In this document: positions 12,001 to 24,085 of the stretch, in pieces
Layout: every line of letters begins with the position of its first letter
Position numbering within the stretch: position 1 is the stretch's first letter
Source of the DNA: the human T2T-CHM13v2.0 reference genome, Homo sapiens
Length of the DNA: 64,000 nucleotides
NCBI RefSeq assembly: GCF_009914755.1
Contig: NC_060925.1
Direction: 5' to 3' (one strand)
The notes under the pieces: generated by a model
What the model was told of the DNA's origin: nothing
The model's database searches: none
The model's input: only the letters and a program-made list of their open reading frames with translations
Made by a program: the position numbers and the translations under genes

Positions 12001-15000
12001 GTAGCCAGAGGACTGTCCTGAGCGAGACTCTCGGTGACCTAAGCCAGAAGAGTGACCGGAGCCAGACTCATATGGGCCACGGCTTGAAGACCACCCTGAG
12101 CCAGACCTATATGGGCCATAGCTGGAAGACTGCCCGGAACCAGACCCATGTCGGCCACGGCTAGGGCTAGGAGACTGGCCAGATCCAGACCCATGTTGGC
12201 CGTGGCCCAAAGACTGACGGGAGCCAGACCCATGCTGACCATAGCTGGAAGACGAACCTGAGCTAGATCCATGTTGTTCGCTCCTAGATGACTGTCCTGA
12301 CCTAGAGCCGTGTTGTTCGTAGCTGGAGGAGTGACCTGAGCCAGATCCATGCTGAGTGTAACCAGAGGACTGCCCTGAGCTAGACTTGTGACCAAAGCCA
12401 GAAGACTGGCCTGAGCCAGACCCATGTCGGCCACTGCTGGAAGACCGACCGGAGCCAGACCCATGTCGGCCATAGCTGGGAGACTGCCCTGACCCAGACC
12501 CACGCTGGCCGTGGCCTGGAGACTGGCCAGATCCAGAGCCATGTCGGCCGCGGCCCGAAGCGTGATGGGAGGCAGACTCATGCTGACCATAGCTGGAAGA
12601 TTGACCTGAGCTAGAGTCATGTTGGCCGGAGCTTGATGACTGCCCTGACGTAGATCCATGTCGTCCCTGGCTAGAGAAGTGACCTGAGGCAGAACCATGC
12701 TGACTATAGCCCTGTCCTGAGCCAGACTCGTGTTGCCCAAAACCAGAAGCCTGGCCTGAGCCAGACTCATAATGGCCACAGCTGGAAGAACAAGTTGTGC
12801 CAGACCCGTGTTGGCCGTGGCTGGAGGAGTGCCCTGAACTGGACCCATGTCGGACACGGCTAGGAGAGTGGCCAGATCCAGACCCTTGTCGGCCGTGGCC
12901 CGAAGATTGATGGGAGCCCGACCCATGCTGACCATAGCTGGAAGACAAACCTGAGCTAGATCCATGTTGTTCACTCCTAGATGACTGTCCTGACCTAGAG
13001 CCGTGTTTTCTGTAGCCGGAGGAGTGACTTGAGCCAGATCCATGCTGACTGTAACCAGAGGACTGCCCTGAGCCAGACTTGTGACCAAAGCCGGAAGACT
13101 GGCCTGAGACAGACCCATGTGGGCCATTGCTTGAAGACCAACCGGAGCCAGACCCATGTTGGCCGTAGCTGGAAGAGTGCCCAAAATCGGACCCATGTTG
13201 GCCGCGACTAGGAGACTGGCCAGATCCAGAGCCCTGTTGGCCATAGCGAGAAGACTGACTTGAGCCAGAGCCATGCTGACCGTGGCTGGAAGACTGACCT
13301 GAGGTAGCTCCATGTTGGCCACAGCTCGATGACTGTCCTGATGTAGAACCATGTTGCCCATGGGTAGAGGAATGACCTGAGCTAGATCCGTGTTGACCGT
13401 AGCCAGAGGACTGTCCTGAGCGAGACTCTTGGTGACCTAAGCCAGAAGAGTGACCGGAGCCAGACTCATATGGGCCACGGCTTGAAGACCTCCCTGAGCC
13501 ATACCCATGTGGGCCATAGCTGGAAGACTGCCTGGAACCAGACTCATGTCGGCCACGGCTAGGGCTAGGAGACTGGCCAGATCCAGACCCATGTCGGCTG
13601 TGTCCCAAAGATTGACGGGAGCCAGACCCATGCTGACCATAGCTGGAAGATGAACCTGCACTAGATCCTTGTCGTTCACCCCTAGATGACTGTCCTGACC
13701 TAGAGCCGTGTTGTCTGTGGCCGGAGGAGTGACCTGAGCCAGATCCATGCTGAGTGTAACCAGAGGAATGCCCTGAGCTAGACTCGTGGTGACCAAAGCC
13801 AGAAGAGTAGCCTGAACCAGACACATATGGGCCACTGCTGGAAGATCGACCAAAGCCAGTCCCATGTTGGCCGGAGCTGGGAGACTGCCCTGACCCAGAC
13901 CCACGCTGGTCGTGGCCTGGAGACTGGCCAGATCCAGAGCTGTGTTGGCCGCGGCCTGAAGAGTGACGGGAGGCAGACTCATGCTGACCATAGCTGGAAG
14001 ACTGACGTGAGCTGGAGCCATGTTGGCCAGAGCTTGATGCCTGCCCTGACGTAGATCCATGTCGTCCCTGGCTAGAGGAGTGACCTGAGCCAGAACCATG
14101 CTTACTATAGCCAGAGGACTGTCCTGAGCCAGACTCGTGTTGCCCAAAGCCAGAAGTCTGGCCTGAGCCAGACTCATAATGGCCACGGCTGTAAGAGTAA
14201 CTTGATCCAGACCCGTGTTGGCCGTGGCTGGAGGAGTGCCCCGAACCGGACCCATGTCGGACGTGGCTAGGAGACTGGCGAGATCCAGACCCTTGTCGGC
14301 CGTGGCCCAAAGACTGACGGGAACCAGACCCATGCTGACCATAGCTGGAAGACGAACCTGAGCTAGATCTTTGTCTTTCACCCCTAGATGACTGTCCTGA
14401 CCTAGAGCCGTGTTGTCCGTAGCCAGAGGAGTGACCTGAGCCAGATCCATGCTGACTGTAACCAGAGGACTGCCCTGAGCTAGACTTGTGTTGACTAAAG
14501 CCAGAAGACTGGCCTGAGCCAGACCCATGTGTGTCATTGCTGGAAGACTGTCCGGAGCCAGAGCCGTGTTGGCCATAGTTGGGAGACTGCCCTGACCCAG
14601 ACCCACATTGGCCGCGGCCTGAAGACTGGTGAGAGTCGGAGTTTTGCTCACCATAGCTGGAAGACTGACCTGAGTAGGAGTTATGTTGGCCAGAAAAGTC
14701 TCTTTGAAAACTCAGTCTTCTGGATATGGATTCAGTCCCAGGTTTAAGACTTCCTCTGACGTTTCTGGAATAGGAATCATTCTCTCCTGCACTCCAACTT
14801 GAATGACTAAAAGAGGATTCTTGCCGTTTGTTCTCCTCTTTTTCAGTTTCTTCTTGTTCCTCTTGGTGCTGGTGAGTGTCATCTCTCAGCTTTGACCCTG
14901 AAACTTGGCAGTAATCTTTGCCAATGATTTTATTATGAGCCTGAACCAGCTTGAATATCATCAGAAGATACTCAGTAAAATCCACTTTCTTGTTATGGTC

Positions 15001-15051
15001 TCGATCCAGACTTTGCAAGATGATATCCACAGTATCTGGATCGTTTGGATT
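1..15051 (-). CDS. HRNR: Hornerin exon 3 (second EF-hand, spacer, Gly/Ser/His/Gln-rich repeats); runs off the left edge of the window
   Basis: Acceptor CTTATACAG|AAT at 15051. Translation NPNDPDTVDIILQSLDRDHNKKVDFTEYLLMIFKLVQAHNKIIGKDYCQVSGSKLRDD... then GQHGSGSGQSS-type repeats. The same frame still reads ...GYGQ at bases 12-1. The ORF track lists no ORF in this frame, as expected if there is no stop before the edge. Confidence 0.97.
45..14680 (-). repeat. HRNR coding tandem array: seven 1410-bp units, three 708-bp units and two diverged 5' units, built from ~117-bp (39-aa) subunits
   Basis: The landmark gtgacctaagccagaagagtgacc recurs, with shadow-ORF stops at 45, 1455, 2865, 3573, 4983, 5691, 7101, 8511, 9219, 10629, 12039 and 13437 (spacings 1410, 1410, 708, 1410, 708, 1410, 1410, 708, 1410, 1410, 1398). 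Confidence 0.95.
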
Positions 15052-15419
15052 CTGTATAAGAGAAAGGTACAAAGGGTAGCTCTGTTAGTATGGACAATAC
15101 ATCTGGCTAACGAACTGAAGGAAAGATGTGAAAATGTAAATGTTTGGGTTATTTATATGGAACTCATTCACACAGTCCTTTAGGCTGCATTTCTGTATCC
15201 TGAGCAGAAAGAGAAAAAGGAATATGGAATGAATAATGTGGTGGGAAACAGCTAGAATAGGATGCAACTGGAAGATGAAAGGAAACAAGAGGGCTGATTA
15301 TTTTTGGTAAAGAATGGGTCAAATATGAATGATTAGCTAATTTATAAGTAATATGTTTTTATACCTACATTAATTATATCAACTTTATTTATCCAATTAA
15401 ATTAACTAGCTACTTAATT

Positions 15420-16270
15420 TACTCACTGAACAAAGATTTATTATTTTACTAGTTGCCTACCATTATGTCATATGAGAGTATAAAGAAGTGAACAAGTTTG
15501 CTTCCTGAAAAAAAATGGAATTTAAAGTTTAGTTGGCCAGATATACAAACTTAAAATTATAATTTATTGTGGTAAGGTTTCTACAAGAGTACATCAGAGA
15601 GGAAACATTGGGGGTCCTAGAAAGGTTAATGAGAGGAAATGATGCCTTTTGAAGGATGGATTAGGATTAGCCAAATGAAGAAGTAAGAAGAGAAAGAGAA
15701 GGGGAAAAGATTGTTCTAGGCAGAGGGAATTATATGAACAAAGGGCTAGAGGTGAGAGAAGTTATGGAGCATTCAAGGAACTGAAGGAAATTCAGGATTG
15801 CTAGATTTAGAGTTTGAAGAGTCAAGAAATGTGGATAGAGAGACAAATAGGGACTAGATTATGACTTTTAAGTTATGTTAAGGAACTTTGTACTTCATTT
15901 TAAGAGCAATTGGGAACTATTGAAGGATTTTTAGCTGAGGAGTGAAATGATTATATTTGCATCCAATGCTGAGAGTAGAAGTAGTAGGTGGCCTGAACCA
16001 GAGGACTAATAATAGTGATGAAGAGAAATGGGTTGTTTTGAGAGATTATTGATGAGTTAGATGGAGGTTAGAAGGTAGTGGTGTCTGCTGAGAGAGAGAC
16101 AATAAAAAATGACACCAGATTTTTGCTTTGGGCAAAAAGATGAAGGAAAAAGGTTAGTGGGGAAGATTATGAGATTCATAGCTGACACACTGAATATCTG
16201 ACATCTGATATCTGAATATCATATCTGAAATCCACAGAAATCCAAATTTAAGGAATTGAAACTCAGGAGT
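15420..16270 (-). mobile_element. Degraded L2 LINE in HRNR intron 2
   Basis: Resembles antisense L2 (ctcactgaacaaagatttatt..., aaggaactttgtacttcattttaagagcaattgggaactattgaagg). Confidence 0.6.
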
Positions 16271-16676
16271 CTGATATAAGGTCCCAAATATCTAAGCTAT
16301 CAAATCTAGACCTGACAGTTTTAAGGTGGTGGACACATTCTTTTGTGATTCAGGAGTAAATGCCAATTTCCTGAACTCAGAAATCTACTTCACAGTTTTT
16401 CTGAGGACTGTCTGGGTTTGTAGGAATTAGTCACTTAGATAGGGCATTATTTAACCTGTGGGTTTTGTTTGTTGTTTAGTAAGGTCACTTCCGTTAGTTA
16501 TGCTATGGAAACCATCACGGATCTGCTTTTGACCTTATCTCAAACTTTTACCAAACCCTGTTCTCTCTCACCAAGTAAGGACAATCCTCTAGGATGTTTG
16601 ACATATGTGACAAGAAGGTGGAAAGGGATAAAGAAGAAAATTCCTGCATAACTCCATCCTGGCGTGGAGTTCTTAC

Positions 16677-16814
16677 CTTCAGAATTTGATGAAACTCATT
16701 TTCCAGAAGTTCTTTCAGCTCTGCCTTGTTCAACGTATCATACTCCCCATGCTGGGTGGCATATTGGTAGAAAACATCGATGACAGTGATGACGCCTTGT
16801 AGGAGTTTAGGCAT
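16677..16814 (-). CDS. HRNR: Hornerin exon 2 coding part, 46 codons, first (S100-type) EF-hand
   Basis: MPKLLQGVITVIDVFYQYATQHGEYDTLNKAELKELLENEFHQILK followed by donor AAG|GTAAGA at 16677/16676. Acceptor TTTAG| at 16838, so the whole exon is 16677-16838. A 138-bp coding exon 2 is typical of S100-fused-type (SFTP) genes. Confidence 0.97.
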
Positions 16815-17698
16815 TTTTTTTTTGCAAGTTTGAGTAACCTAAAGGGAGGAAAAAGAGAGACCAACCCCTTACTATTCTTATTTCTTGTTTAAACACATAA
16901 ATAGTTCTAATTATTTATAATAATTGTTCAGAATTAGTCATGATTAAATTCATTCTGTTGTAATCAAGAACCAATTCAGAGTTGAATGACTTGTTCAAGC
17001 CATGTAGCAAGAGAGTGATGAAATTAGGAATATAATCCATAGGTCTTATTTCCATTCCTGAATGAATGTAGGAAAAATGACTTTCTGTTTTTGGCTTCCT
17101 GCCATTACCAGGGATAATATTAGCTTTGTTCTGGAGCTGTAGAAGTCCTGAGTGTTCCACTTCATCTGCTTCCTCTTTCTAGGTTCGAAGCATACTGTGG
17201 GCATAGGTCCATCATCTACATGACATGCCTTACTCAACCTAAGGAGCATCAATGGCTGAACTGAACTCTCAAGACTTCTAGGTCAGAGAAAATAGACAAT
17301 GTGAGCAAAGCCAACAAGCCTAGGTGATATGAAGCTAAGGGTAACTGCTATTAGATCCAGCTTCTGTTCTCATTCTCCAAGCAGGAAGTGACCCTCAGAC
17401 CTTATTACACAATAGAGAGGAAAAGCTCAGTTGTAAAGAAGGCAACCTGCCTGTGGATAATTAGAACCCCATGATATCCATGTTATAAGGGAAGCGACCT
17501 CAAAGAAAGGAGATAATATACATAGTCCTAGTCTTTGTTTCATTTTTCTTTTCAGTAAATTTAAACTTATACCAAAGTTCCCCAGAGTATACTAAAAAGA
17601 AGCCTTGTATCTAGTGCCTCTTTGCCTTAGAGCACATCCTGGACTTTCATAATTTATAGCCCTAAGTACCCTTGAGCGGAGTTGAACTGCTCACTTAC

Positions 17699-17752
17699 CT
17701 AGCTCACCAGAGGAACAAGTAGGGTAGAGACAGAAACAGCTTTCAGGGTGCT
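17699..17752 (-). other. HRNR: HRNR non-coding exon 1 (TSS approximate)
   Basis: Donor ...CTGGTGAGCTAG|GTAAGT at 17699, about 80 bp downstream of a TATA box; fits the three-exon SFTP layout. Confidence 0.85.
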
Positions 17753-17772
17753 GCGAGTTGGGCAGAGTGGCC

Positions 17773-17780
17773 TTTTTATA
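17773..17780 (-). promoter_or_regulatory. HRNR TATA box (TATAAAAA)
   Basis: CTATAAAAAGGCCACTCT on the minus strand, about 25-30 bp upstream of the inferred exon 1 start. Confidence 0.85.
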
Positions 17781-19629
17781 GAGGGAATAATGGTCCATCT
17801 TAGGGAGGAGTTGCTAATTTTGAGATGTCCTAATTTACTCCTAAACAAGCCCATCTCCACCTCTATCTCCACCTCCCAGGTGTTTACCTTCTTTCTGACT
17901 TCCTTACAGGTTCACCTAAGATTGCATTAGCAGTTCCCAAATCTGGGCTACTCTCAGCCCCACCTGCCAAAGGGTCAGGACACTGCAGAAAGGCCTGTTT
18001 TTGTATTCATCAAACTATCTAGCACAATATATTGACAACAAATTGTGTGGATTTTAATAGAAGTTGAATGGAGTGTGTGCAGGGACATCATGGCCCAAAT
18101 GTCAAAAAATCATGGAAATTGATGATTAAAAGGACTGTAAAGATCATCTAGTCAAACTCTCCCATTCTAAGCTAAATGTTCTTAAATGGTATTCCAGCCA
18201 AAGTGTCATCTTTGGTATTACCTTTTGAAATGGATAATGGCTCCAGGCCATCCTTTAACTCATTAAGTACCTCAACTTACCAGACCCCTTATTGGCCATT
18301 CATCACCATAGCTTTCATTTCAAACACCATATAACCTTAGGAAGAAATGCGTGCTTGTTAGCATGGTATCCATGGTTCCTCATGATCTGGGCTGTGGCTT
18401 TTTTCCAGCTCCATTTCTCCCCTCCATATTTCTCTTTGTACTCCAACAGTAATTAACTAGTAATATTTCAAACTTCCTCAATATACCATGGGATATGTTA
18501 TTTCATATTTTTTCTTAGAATGTCTTTCCTCATTGTCTGCCTAGTGAACTAATTATTCTTCAAAATCCAATTTAGGCTTCCCATAGAAAATCTTTCCTGA
18601 ATTACTCAAGAGGGAGTTGTAATTGTGTACCTTATTCATATTTATTGTTGTATCAATCATACTATATTGTAATCTTTAAAAATTGTTTTACTATACAATT
18701 ATTGTTTAATATAAAAATTAGAAAATATTGATAAGCAAATAAGATAAAATCAAAATACCTTTAAAGCCACTAGCCAAAAATAACTACTGTTAGTTATTTG
18801 TTGTATATCCTTGCCTTTCACAAACAAACACATTCACACACAGACACACACATTTGTCTATGGGCTTATTTCATTTCTAGGCTATGAGCTCCTTGAGAAT
18901 AAGGAATGGACATTATTTATCCTTATGTCATTTGGAGACCTAGTATACTGCTTGTCACATAACGGTCTCCAATAAATGTCAGTTTGAATTCATTTGAAAG
19001 AGAAGCAAGGATCAAGACTATAGTCCTCTGCATTGGCCAACTTCCATCTTTTCACAGGAGGACTAGGGTCTGCCCTCTCTCTTGCCATCTTTGCCTCAGA
19101 GGACATGATTTTACCTGAATATAAACGGAATCTTAGCATTGAGAATCAATGAGTGGCTTTCTGCTTTTTTCTGAGGCCCTCGCTCTGCATTTCTTCCATT
19201 GTGAACATATAACACAAATTTCACTGAAGGTGTGTGAAGTTACATGGACTTAAAACTTGTGCAATATGGTCATCAGGATTTGAGAAGGTGTGGTAGCAAC
19301 TGTTGGCAAGTGATAAATTACATGATTCCAAATTCAACTATTGTTAGGCTATGTGTTTTCTTTTAAGAATTGCCCAGAGGGCTGCAGAGTCAGTATCCAT
19401 TCTGTAGCCGTGTTTCCTCTGGACATCTGATTGGGCCAGGTTTTCATGCTTCATCAGAACAATGACTTTTTAAAGGTGTGGCTGAGACTGTGGGAGTAAA
19501 GGGGGGTGGAATTTGCTGAGTGAAGACTGATTTCCTGCAGGAACCAGCTGTTGTCACGAAGGGAGGAGAGGGTTGTGAGAGAAGACTATTCCAGGTGAAC
19601 GTGCTCTTGGGGCTAGTGTTCTCCTGAAA

Positions 19630-19948
19630 TAGGGGCCAGCAAACTTTTTTTTTTGTAAAGGGCCAGATGGTACAAAATATTATCTCTGCAGGACAGATAG
19701 TTTTTGTTGCAACTACTCAACTCTGCTGTTGTAGCATAAAAGCAGCCATAGATGATATGTAAACAAATGAGCATGGCTATGTTTCAGTAAAACTTATTTA
19801 TCAATACTGATCTTTGAATGTCATATAATTTCACATATCATATATTTTTTCAACCGCTTACAAATGTAGAAAACCTTTTTATCCTGTAGGCTACACAAAA
19901 ATGGATGACAAGCTAGCTATGAACTGCAGGCTGTAGTTTACCACTCTT
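19630..19948. mobile_element. MER58-type hAT DNA transposon
   Basis: aggggccagcaaactttttt...gtaaagggccagat...gttgcaactactcaactctgc...gctgtagttt, matching the MER58 pattern. Confidence 0.7.
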
Positions 19949-20699
19949 TGCTCCTCTTCTGTATTTGCTTTTCAGGAAGATTCTCTGGGAGAGGAGGATC
20001 TGAGAGAAAAGAAGGGCTGAAAAGTGTGGGACATCAGAACCACTAACTCTTGCATGAGAGAACAAGAGTGAAGGTGAATTTGTAAATATCAGCATGTGTG
20101 GGGTGGTGGGGAAAGGGAACAGAACAAGGGACCTTTGGCTGCTCGTAAAAGGGAGATAAATTTTGATTTGATGTAAGGGAGAAATATTTAATATTTGCAT
20201 TGACTGAAAATGCAGTGAGCTCTTTGTGAAGTAACTGAATTTATTGTCAAGTATCATATGAATAGTTTTTTACTATTAAAGAAAAAATTAATTCTTTCAT
20301 TACGTTGTTTTCTGGATATGCTCACCAACTAGAATTTTGTTGGGCTTTTTTTCCTCGTTTGTATCATGAAAATAAGAAGCATATTACATATGCGTCTTGG
20401 TCTCTTCTCTCCCCATTGAGAATTACTTATTAAGAGTAGGACTAGATTATCACAAAAGTCACTTTCAAAACAGTTTCTTGTTTTTTTTAGAGTGTGTGCT
20501 CCATAGTAACAGAGTTGGACATGAAGATTCCTCCATCATGGGTTTGGTTAGTGGTTTTTCCACTTGGAGATGACAGGTTTCAGGAGAAAAGCTTTTCTAT
20601 GGTATGTGCCATGTTCTAGGTTTTTGAGTGCCTTTCTCTGTGTGTTGGCAGAAGAATGAAAATTACATTCCTTTTTATGACAAGCACAGTGCTTTGTGT

Positions 20700-20870
20700 G
20701 TGGGTGTACATTGTTTCATTAATTCTTACAACAACCCTGTTATCTAGATATTATATTTCCATTTTGCAGATGAGAAAACTGAGGCTCAGATGAAATCTGT
20801 AACTTGTTTCAAGTCACTTAGCTGTTAAGTGGAGAAGACAGAATTCAAATTCAAATCTGCTTTTTCCTAG
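20700..20870. mobile_element. MIR SINE
   Basis: Core cattttgcagatgagaaaactgaggctcaga...aacttgtttcaagtcac. Confidence 0.7.
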
Positions 20871-21611
20871 GAATAGTCAGCAAGTAGGGAAATATTCATG
20901 TCTTGGTAAAGGAAGGGTTTTGGAAACAGTTCTTCAGGAATGGAGTGTTTCACCTAGGAAAAACAAACAAACAAAACTAGCAAGGATAAACAGTGAAGTT
21001 CCAGTACCATCTGTGTGCACTCATTTTTTTCTGCCTGTCTGGAAGGCAGAGTAATGTGCCTATTGCACCATCTGCTGGGTCATAGGGAAATTCTAAAGCA
21101 GATCTTTTCTTCATTGCCTTTTCTGCCCTTTTTCCTTACAGAAATTATTTCATGGAATTTCTATAGTTCTTTGTAGCCTAGTCTCTATAAATGAGGAGAC
21201 TATGTAAAAAATAGGGGTATGTATATAAGAGAAGGTTGATGGTCATGATTTTGGGTAAATGGAATCAAAAGAAGTTAGCTATAATATGAAACTGGTTAAA
21301 TAGTGCTTCCTTCTATATCCTCTTTTGAGTCCTTTTTACTGTTATCTCAAAAAATAAAAAATGGATTCGATATAATTTTACAGCTTAGTATATATTCCCT
21401 GGGGATGAGACAGGCATGGTGACATATCTTTCAGCTTCAGACCCACACCCTGGAATATATTCTGCTTCAGTACTGGTCTGCCTATTGAGTTGTTTCTTTC
21501 TCCCTTAATATCCTCCATTTTCTCTTCCGAGAACTCCAAAATGCTCCAAATGCTGGGAATCCAGAGCTCATTCATACATGTATCCTTTTATTTATTCCAT
21601 CAGTATCTTTC

Positions 21612-21615
<4 letters not shown>

Positions 21616-21657
<42 letters not shown>

Positions 21658-21875
21658 AAAAAATATATATATAGTTTTTTTTTTTTGGGTCTCACTGTTG
21701 CCCAGGCTAAAGTGCAGTGGTGCAACCATGGCTCACTGCAGCTTCCAACTCCAGGGCCCAAGTGATCCTCCCACTTTAGCTTCCCGAGTAGCTGAGATTA
21801 TAGGTGTATGCCACTGCATCTGTCTAATTTTTACATTTTTTTGTAGAGATGAGGTCTCACTGTGTTACTTAGGCT
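21616..21875 (-). mobile_element. (TA)n microsatellite plus partial old Alu (AluJ-like)
   Basis: (TA)n at 21616-21653; poly-T then gggtctcactgttgcccaggct...aagtgatcctcccac. Confidence 0.75.
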
Positions 21876-22700
21876 GTGTGTTCTTATCTTGATGTTTGAT
21901 GCTCTTACTGGCTTGGTATTCCTAGTCTCTATCCCTTAGTTCCTACTACCTGAAACATTCAGCATGCAGACCTGGTCCATTAAAGTGGACAAATGGAGAA
22001 GAGTGACTGGAAGCCATTCTCACAAACACTTCAAGTGTTAGAAATGGTACCAAAAAAAAAAAAAAAAAGCTGAGATATAAGGACCTTGATTGTTGGAAAT
22101 CAAATCCAGAACATTTGCCTTTCGATGTGCATGCGTGCGTGCGTGCGTGCATGTGTGTGTGGCAGGGGATAGTGGTGGGATAGCAGATAGAGAAGGGAGA
22201 GTGAGGCATTGTAGTATGAATGTAATGAGTAGCAAACTGATCAGACCTCTGTTTCCTTTCTGGCCTCATCTTTCACCACTCTCTCCCTCGTGGTACCCTG
22301 CTGAAGCCATATTAGCTTCCTTGCTATTCTCCAAAACCTCCAGGCATCCTTCTTTTTAAAAGAATTTTTGCCAGAAATGCTCTTCCCCTAAATGTCCATT
22401 TGGCTATATCACTTATCTCCTTCAAGTCTCTGCTCAAATACCACCTTCTCAATAAAGCCTACCCTGACCCTTCTATTTGATATATACTTCTAACATACCA
22501 TATGGTTGGCTTATTTACTAGGTAAGGTTTTGAGCAGAGGAGTGGCATGATCTGACTCACTGCTATGTTGATACTAGACTGAGAGGTAAGATAGAATAAG
22601 GAAGATGAGTCAGAAGACAGATGAAGGAACGGAAGTAATCAAGGCTTCTGACTTGGATGGCAGTATGTATGGTGGTAACATTCACGAAGAACAGCAATAC

Positions 22701-23013
<313 letters not shown>

Positions 23014-23259
23014 TTAATAACTGAACTCCTTAAAAGAGCAGTCAGCACTCCTTGTCTCTGACTCCCGTAACTTTCACTTACTCTTCAACACTTTATAGGT
23101 TGATTTTCACAGCTTCTTTCAGGCTTTTTGAAGGGCTTTTCTTCCATGGTCTGTGCTTAAATGTTTTTACTCTCCAAAGCTCCATCCTTAGCTCTTTGCC
23201 TGTTTGGATCAGTTTCCAGTCTTACCATTTATAAAGTAGGGTAATGGAGCAGAATAGAG

Positions 23260-23860
23260 ACAAGACACATTGTTAATTCATAAATTTTTGTTGGCAATAT
23301 TTATGCAATTGGAATGTCAAAACTAGAGCGTTAGAAGCTCTGTCTATAAACTCAAGCATATTGCAGTCAGTCACAGTGATCTGATGATACTATAAGACTT
23401 AATACATTTCTGTACAAGTTATGTAAAATATAAAATTTGGCAGAAACTTCAAAACTTGAACTTTCATATTTAATGCTCTAGTTGAAACCCAACAACAAAA
23501 TTTTTCTTTAATATTAAAATTTAAACTTACACCACTTACATATGCTAACTGAGGAGGGCAAGTATGCACTGTCCTTTAAAAGAAGATCAATATTAAGTAG
23601 AAGAATTAAGGTAGGATTACATTTTTAAAGAAAAGGTTAGAGCCAGATAACTTTGTCCTCAGAAAGAACTTGTCACAATAAATTCCTGTTTTTTATGTTT
23701 TTCTTCTCGTCTTGGTTTTTGAGTTAGTTCCTCTCCTGTTGGTGTCTCACTTATTAAGGTAATGGTCACATTGCTTGTCGATATATTTTTAGAGTGTAGC
23801 ATTGTTATAAAAAATAGTAAAAACTTGTTTTTGCTTGCTTTCATTGTTACTTGCCACAGA
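23260..23860 (-). pseudogene. Putative decayed SFTP C-terminus and 3' UTR
   Basis: 23806-23747 translates NNATL*KYIDKQCDHYLNK*, resembling the SFTP terminal motif SPLYEYIQEQR; downstream AT-rich non-repeat sequence. By-eye similarity only. Confidence 0.4.
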
Positions 23861-23919
23861 GCTTTTTTTTTTAAATTAGTATCTTCTGTGTACATGTCAA
23901 TGTGATTTATAGATATTTA

Positions 23920-24085
23920 GACATTAACTGTTCAAATCCTTAGGTGAAATATTAGTATTTCTGTCTTACAGACAGTGAAATTGAGGTTTGATGATGTTAA
24001 TTAACTTGCAAAATCACATCAATACTAAGTGGCAGAAGTAGAATTTGAACTCAGGTTTCTGACTTTAAATTAGGACTCTTAACTC
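23920..24085. mobile_element. MIR SINE
   Basis: ttacagacagtgaaattgagg...aacttgcaaaatcacatc...agtggcagaagtagaatttgaactcagg. Confidence 0.65.

Noticed and set aside
45-14654. Repeated 353-, 220-, 95-, 440- and 405-aa minus-strand ORFs (MGLAQV/ATANM-rich)
   Set aside because: They are the shifted reading frame of the HRNR repeat codons (CAT GGG TCT read as ATG GGT CTG). There is no independent promoter or splice evidence; they were used only as unit landmarks.
1-14680. CRISPR-like or non-coding satellite interpretation of the array
   Set aside because: There are no repeat-spacer units; the array is in frame with a spliced S100 domain in a eukaryotic gene.
16548-16676. Extension of the exon 2 ORF to 88 aa
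   Set aside because: Read-through into intron 2 beyond a canonical GTAAGA donor.
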